A stretch of DNA of 64,000 bases from the human T2T-CHM13v2.0 reference genome, Homo sapiens, in the NCBI RefSeq assembly GCF_009914755.1, contig NC_060930.1. One strand, 5' to 3'. Under the pieces are notes generated by a model, which had not been told where the DNA came from, did not search any database, and was given only the letters and a program-made list of their open reading frames with translations. Below are positions 55,119 through 64,000 of this stretch, piece by piece; position 1 is the stretch's first letter, and each line of letters starts with the position of its first letter. Made by a program: the position numbers and the translations under genes.

Positions 55119-58100
55119 TTAAATTATTATTGATTATAGTCCCCTTGTTGTGCTATCAAATACTACATATTATTTTTTCTTTCTAGTTTTTTTGTACCCA
55201 TTGACCATCCTCACCTTCCCCCACTCCCCACCACATACTACCATTCCCAACCTGTGGTGACTATCTTTCTGTTTCCAAAATTCAAGTGTTTTTATTTTTA
55301 GATCCCCCAAATAAGTGAGAACATGCAATGTTTGTCTTTCTGTGCCTGGCTTATTTCACTTAAAATAATGACCTCCAGTTCCATCAACATGGTTGCAAAT
55401 GACAGAATCTGCCTCTTTCTTATAGCTGAATGACACTTAGGTTTCTCTCAAATCTTGGTTACTGTGAACAGTGCTACAACAAACAGGAGAGTGCAGACAT
55501 CTCTTCAATATACTGATTTCCTTTCATTTGAGTATATACCCAGCAGTGAGACTGCTGGATCATATGGTAGCTTTATTTTTAGTTTTTTGAGGAACTTCCA
55601 AACTGTTCTCCATAGTGATTGTACTAATTTACATTCCTCCCACCAGTTTACTCTGGTTCCCTTTTCTCCACATCCTCACCAGGGCTTACTACTGCCTGTC
55701 TCTTGGATATAAGCCATTTTAAGTGGGGTGAGATGATTACTCATTGTAGTTTTGAATTGCATTTCTCTGAAGATCAGTGATGTTGAGCACTTTTTCATAT
55801 GTCTCTTTGCCATTTGTATGTCTTCTTTTGAGAAATATCTATTCAAACCTTTTGTCAAACAGTTGTTAGATTTTTTCCTATAAAGTTGTTTGAGCCCCTT
55901 ATATATTATGGTTATTAATCCCTTGTCAGATAGGTAGTTTGGAAATATTTTCTCCTGTAATGTGGGTTGTCTTTTCACTTTGTTGACTGTTTGCTTTGCT
56001 GTCCAGAAGCTTTTTACCTTAATATGGTCCTGTTTGTCCATGTTTGCCTTGATTGCCTGTGCTTGTGGGTTATTATTCAAGAAATTTTTGCTCAGACTAA
56101 CGTCCTGGGGAAATTCCCCAATGTTTTCTTGTAGCAGTTTCATAGTTTGAGGTTTCAGATTTATGTCTTTAATCTATTTTGATTTGATTTTTGTATAAGG
56201 CAAGAGATACAAACCAAGTTTTATTCTTCTGCTCATCGATATCCAGTTTTCCCATCATTGTTTATCGAAGAGGCTATGTTTTCCCCAATGTATGTTCTTG
56301 GCACCTTTTTCAAGTGTGAGTTCACTGTAGCTTTGTGGATTGGTTTCTGGGTTTTCTATTCTGTTCTATTGGCCTATGTGTCTGTTTTTATGCCAGTACC
56401 ATGCTGTTTTGATTACTATAACTCTGTAGTATTAGTTGAAGTCAGGTAATTTGATTCCTCCAGTTTTGTTCTTTTTGCTCATAGCATAGTTGGCTATTCT
56501 GGGTCTCCTGTGACTCCACATATGTTTTAACATTGGTTTTCATATATCTCTGAAGAATGTCATTGGTATTTTGATAGGGATTGCACTGAATCTTTTGATT
56601 TGTTTGCTAGTATGGACATTTTAACAATATTAATTCTTCAAACCCATGAACATGGAATATCTTTCCATTTTTTGTTATCCTCTCAATTTCTTTCATCAGT
56701 GTTTCATAGAACACTGTTGTTGTAGAGAACTTTTACTTCTTTTTTTAAGTTAATTCCTTGGTATTTAATTGTATTTGTGACTATTGTAAATGAGATTTTT
56801 TTTTACTTCTTTTTCACATTGATCACCATTGGCATATAGAAATGCCACTGATTTTTTTATGTTGACTTGTTATCCTGAAACTTTACTGAATTTGTTTATC
56901 AGTTCTGGTATTTTTTTGGTAAAGACTTTAGGTTTTTCCAAATATAAGAGAATACCACCTGCAATTGAGGATAATTTGACTTCTTCCTTTCCAATTTGGA
57001 TGCCTTTACTTCTTTCTCTTGTCTGATTGCTCTAGCTAAGACTTCCAAGTACTAAGTTCAATAACAGTGGTGAAAGTGGGCATCCTTGTCACATTCCAGA
57101 TCTTAGAGGAAAGGCTTTCAGTTTTTTCTCATTCAGTATAATACTAGCTGTGGGTCTGTCAAATATGCCTTTTACTATGCTGAGGTATGTTCCTTCCATA
57201 TCCATTTTCTGAGAAGTTTTAACAGGAAGGGATATTGAACTTTATCAAATGCCTTTTCAGAATGAATTGAAATGATTGTATGGTTTTTGCCCCTCATTCT
57301 ATTGGTATGATGATTCCGTTGATTGATTTGCATATATTGAACCATCCTTGCATCCTTGGGATAAATCCCATTTGGTAATGAAAAAGATCTTTTTAGTATG
57401 CTGTTGAACTCAGTTTGCCAGTATTTTGTTTAGGATTTTTGCATCAATATTTAGAGAGATATTGGTTTGTAGTTTTTTTTAATGTATCTTTGTCTGGTTT
57501 TGGTATCAAGGTAGTACTGGCCTCATATAAAATGAGTTTGAAAGTATTCTCTCTTCTTCTATGATTTGGAATAATTTGAGTACAATTGGCATTAGTTCTT
57601 CTTTAAATGTTTGATAGAAATCAGCAGCAAAGCCATCAGTTTCTGGACTTTTCTTTACTGGAAGATTTTTTATTACAGCTTTGATCTCATTATTTGTTAC
57701 TGGTCTGTTCAGGTATTGGATTTATTTATGGTTAAATCTTGGTAGGTTATATGTGTCTAGGAACTTACTAATTTCTTCTAGATATTCCAACTTATTGGCA
57801 TATAGTTACTCACAGTAGCCACTAATGATCTTTTTGATTTCTGCAGTATTAGGTGTAATGGCTCCTTTTTCATCTCAAATTTTATTTATTTGGGTCTTCT
57901 TTTTTCTTTCTTAGTTACTCTGGCTAAAGTTTTGTCAATTTCATTTATCTTTTCAACAAACTTTTTATTTCATTAATCTTTTATATTGTTTTCTTAATTT
58001 CAAATTTATTTATTTATTGTCTGATCTTTATTATTTCTTTTGTTCTCCTAATTTTGGGTTTCGTTTGCTCTTGTTTTTCTAGCTCTTCAGGATGCATATT

Positions 58101-59356
58101 AGGTTCTTCTTTAGTGGACATTTTTCTTCTTTTTTGATGCAAGTGCTTACAACTATAAATTTCCCTCTTAGTACTGCTTTTGCTCCATCCCATAGGTTTA
58201 GGCATTTTGTGTTTCCATCATAATTTGTTTCAAGAAATTTTTCAATTTCCTTCTTACTTTCTTCATTGGCCCACTGGTCATTGAGGATTATATTGTTTAA
58301 TTTCCATGTGTTTGTATAGCTGCAAAAATTCTTCTTGTTATTGATTTGTAGATTTATTCCATTCTGGTTGGAGAAGATACTTGATATTATTTCATTTTTT
58401 TGAATCTTTTAAGACTTGTTTTGTGATCTAACATATTCTTGAAAATGATCCATGTGCTGAGGAGAAACTTGTGTATTCTACATCTATTGGATGAAATGTT
58501 CTGATAATATTCATTAGTTCCATTTGTTCTGTAGTGTAGATTAAGTATGATATTTCCTTGTTGATTTTCTGTCTGGAAGATCTATTCAATGCTGAAAGTA
58601 GGGTGCTGCAGTCTCCAGCTATTCTTGTAGTGGGGTCTATGTCTCTTTTTATCTCTAGTAATATTTGCTTTATATATCTGGGTTCTCTAGTGTTGGGTTC
58701 ATATATACTTACAATCAATGTATTCTCTTGCAGAATTGAGACTATCATTAAATTATGAACTTTATCATTATATAATGACCTTCTCTTTTTTTAAAGTTTT
58801 TTTCTTGAAATCTATTTTGTGAGGCATAACTATACTTAATCCTGCCCTTTTTGGTTTCCATTTGCACAGAATGTCTTTTTTTATCCCTATTTTCAGTCTA
58901 TCTGTATCTCTATAGGTGAAGTGTGTTTCTTGTAGGTAACAGATCATTGGGTCTTATTTTACATCCATTCAGGCACTCTATGTCTTGACTGAAGAGTTTA
59001 GTCCATTTAAATTCAATGTTATTATTGATAAGTAGGGACTTACTCTTACAATTTTATTATTTGCTTTCTGGTTGTTTTACAGTCTTCTCTTCCTTCTTTT
59101 CTCTCTTCCTTTTAGTGAAGATAATTTTCTCTGGTGGTATGCTTTAATTTATTGCTTTTTAGATTTTCTTATCAATTGTATGTTTTTTTTATTTGAGTTA
59201 CCATGAGGCTTGCAAACACTGTCTTATTACCCATTATTTTAAACTGATAACACTGACTGCATAAACAAACAAACACGCAAAAAGGAAACTAATAAAAATT
59301 CTACACTTTAATTTTATTCCCCCATTTTAACTTTTTGTAGTTTCTCTTCATGTCTT

Positions 59357-60897
<1,541 letters not shown>

Positions 60898-61679
60898 TAA
60901 TGAATTCCTGAGCTTTTGTTCATCTCAGAAGGTCTTTATTTCTTCTTCATGCTTAAAGGACATTTGCATCACAAATACTCATATATAGGGTAAAAGGTTT
61001 TTTTTTTTTTTCCTTTCTCCACTTTAAATATGACATGCCACTCTCTCCCGTCCTGTTAGAGTTCCCCTGAAGTCTGCTGCTCCTTTATATATTATTTCTT
61101 TCTTTTTTCTTGCTGCTGTTAGGATCCTTTCTTTATCATTCTTGGCCGTCAGGAATTTGATTATTAAATGCCTTGAGGTAGTCTCCTTTGGGTTAAATCT
61201 TCTGGCTGTTCTATAATCTTCTTGTACTTGAATGTTGATACCTTTCTCAAGGCCTGGAAAGTTGTCTGATATTATCCGTTTGAATAAACTTTCTACCCCT
61301 ATCTCTCTCTACCTCCTCTTTAAGGCCAAAACCTCTTCAATTTGCCCTTCTGAGACTATTTTCTAGATCTTCTTGGTATGCTTCATTTGTTTTTATTCTT
61401 TTCTCTTTAATCTCCTCTGACTATGTATTTTCAGGTAACCTCTCTTCAAGCTCACTAATTCTTTCTTTTGCTTGAACAATTCTGCTCTTCAGAGATACTG
61501 ATGAATTTTTCAGCCTGTCAGTTGCATCTTTCTACTTTAGAATTTCTGCTTGATTGTTTTTAATTACTTCAATCTCTTTGTTAAATTTATCTGATATAAT
61601 TCTGAATTCCTTCTCTGTGTTACCTTGAATTTATTTGAGTTTCCTCAAAGCAGCTATTTTGAATTCTCTGTCTGAAAGG

Positions 61680-61795
<116 letters not shown>

Positions 61796-64000
61796 CTCCA
61801 GGATGATTCCTGGTGCCTTATTTAGTTCATTTTTTGAGGTCACGTTTCCCTGGATAATGTTGATGCTTATAAATGTTCTTCAGTGTTTGGGCATTGAAGG
61901 GTTAGGTACTTATCACATAGTCTTCATAGTCTGGGCTTGTTTGTGCCTGTCTTTCTTGGGAAGGCTTTCCAGGTGTTCGAAGGGACTTGGTCCCCAAGCC
62001 TAACACTGTGGTTGGTTGTCTTGGGTAAGATCTGGAATAATTCTCTGAATTACTAGGCAGAGACTCTTTTTCTTTTCCCTTACTTCCTCCAAAATATATG
62101 GAGTCCCTCTCTCTCTCTGTTTGTGCTGAGCCACTGGAACTCAGGATGTGATGATGCAAGCAACCTTGTGGCCACCAGTACTGGAGGTGCACTTCGTCTA
62201 ACATGAAGCTGGCCAGCACCAAGTTACCTTGCCTTGTCAAGGTCTTTCCCTTCAGCATGGCAAGTTCCCCTATCCCCCGGGTATGTCCAGAGATGTAGTC
62301 TGGAAGCCAAGGATTAGAGAAAACAATCTTGGCAATTTATCTGATGTTCTATTCTACTGTTGTTAAGCTGGCACTCAAACCACTATACAAAGTTTTCCTT
62401 GCTCTTCCCTCCCATTTCCATAGGCAGAGGAGCCTCTCCCTATGGCTTCCACCACAATCTGTCCACAGGGTGTTCTGCCAGGCCACCACGAATTTTTACT
62501 TAAAGCCCAAAGGCTCTTCTGTCAGCTTTTGGTGAATACTGCCAGGCCTGAGACTCACACTTAAGGGAAGTAGGCTCCCAACTGGCCCAGGGTAGGCCCA
62601 GAAATGCTGTCCAAGAGCTTCAGCCTGGACTTGGGGACCCTAAGAGCCTGCTTGTTGGTCTATCCTGCTGTGGCCAAGTTGGAACCTAGGGTGCAAGGCA
62701 AAGTCACCTTTACTTTTCACTCTGCTTTTCTCAAATAGAAAGAGTCTTTCACTGTAGCCACCACACCTGCAAATGTGCTGGGTCTCCCCTAAAGCCAGCA
62801 TGTGTAAGAGCCTAGTTCCTGCAGCATACTCCCTCAGTTTCACTGGCGGTAATTCAGAACTCAGCTCTGTAGTCAGAACGTGATAAATCTTGCCAAAACT
62901 ACATCAGCTTCATGTTAGACGAAGTGCAGCTCCAGTAGTGGTGGCCACAGGGTTTCTTTCTTTAAGGCAGTGGGTTTCCCTTTTGGCCAAGCCTGTGTCT
63001 AGAAATGTTACCTATAAGCTAGGGACCAGAATGGGGCCTCACAACTCTGCCCTATGCCTTATCCTACTGTCACTGAGCTGGTATCTAAGATACAAGACAA
63101 AGTCCTCTTTATTCTTCATTATCCTCTTCTTAAGCAGAAGGAAGGAGCAACTTTCCTTGCTAAGAGCTGCGCTGCCTGGGGTTGGCGGGGGAATGGCACA
63201 AGCATTTCCTTAGCTGTGCCAGTTGGTTTCTCCCTAGGTCATGTGCCACCCTAGTTCACTGGCTCTAAGCCCAACCTGGGACTAGGAGCTGCCTAGGAAT
63301 TGTAGTCCTTGTGACCTAGACTGTCCTTTAAGTTTACCTAGGACCCCAGAGCACTTCAACCCATGGCGGCAAGGCTTGCCAAGAAACCCAAGTTACCACT
63401 ACTGGGATAGGTGATGCCCTTCTGACTAGGGCTGGTCTAAATGTTGCCTCCATGTACAGGTGCTGGCTTAGCCTAGCAGAGCTCTATTCTCTGTTGTGAG
63501 AGAGCAGCACTGAATTCAATGTAAAGTCTCTGAGTCACTCCACTCTCCCTTCCCAAAGTGCACAGATTCTCTCTTTGGGTCACGTGGCTGCAGGGAGGAT
63601 GAAGGAGGGGTGGTATTGTTGATTCAAGGCTGTCTCTCCTGCCCTCCTCAATGACTCTTAGTGATATGAAGTTAAAACCACGTACTGTGATTTTTCGCCT
63701 GATTTTTTCGTTCTTAGTCCTTTTCTATGTGCAGACAGTTGTCAAAATTTGGAGTTCCGTGGTCACGGGGAGGGGAGATAAGTGATGTGTGCTTTTATTC
63801 TGCCATTTTACTCCATCCCCTGAATGAATTTTTGATCAGCTGGATTTCTTATGCTTCTAACAAGATATTCATTTTTGTGACTTTCTTCCATCTATCTCTT
63901 ATAAAATCTTTTTTTTTAGCCAAGAGGACTTCAATGTTGTCATACCACTATTAGTACATCAATATCAACACTCTTTAAAAATCTGGTAGACATCTGGTAG

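Overview
Human (L1HS-Ta diagnostic bases present), AT-rich, gene-poor DNA made mostly of nested transposable elements. I find no host protein-coding exon, RNA gene or CpG island; every ORF in the track that I can identify is a TE remnant. Retroelement content: a 3'-broken L1PA (1-1880), a TSD-flanked full-length-origin L1PA11-13 with internal deletions (20051-25226), and two old minus-strand L1MA elements. These L1MAs host a MER1A, a rearranged HERV-L/MLT2A provirus, an Alu, a complete THE1, an L1PA15/16 and a twin-primed L1HS-Ta. There are also Alus, MIR/L2, MLT1, LTR16, a MER67-like LTR and HAL1. The least expected signal is at 5.5-12.4 kb: two different fossil Blackjack-clade hAT transposase elements. 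The second (9456-12387) is apparently complete, with TIRs, an 8-bp TSD and a MER53-like right end, so it is a candidate autonomous partner of the MER53 MITE. I see no evidence for an intact novel functional system. Family names come from recalled consensus sequences and need RepeatMasker/Dfam confirmation; boundaries of old repeats are approximate.
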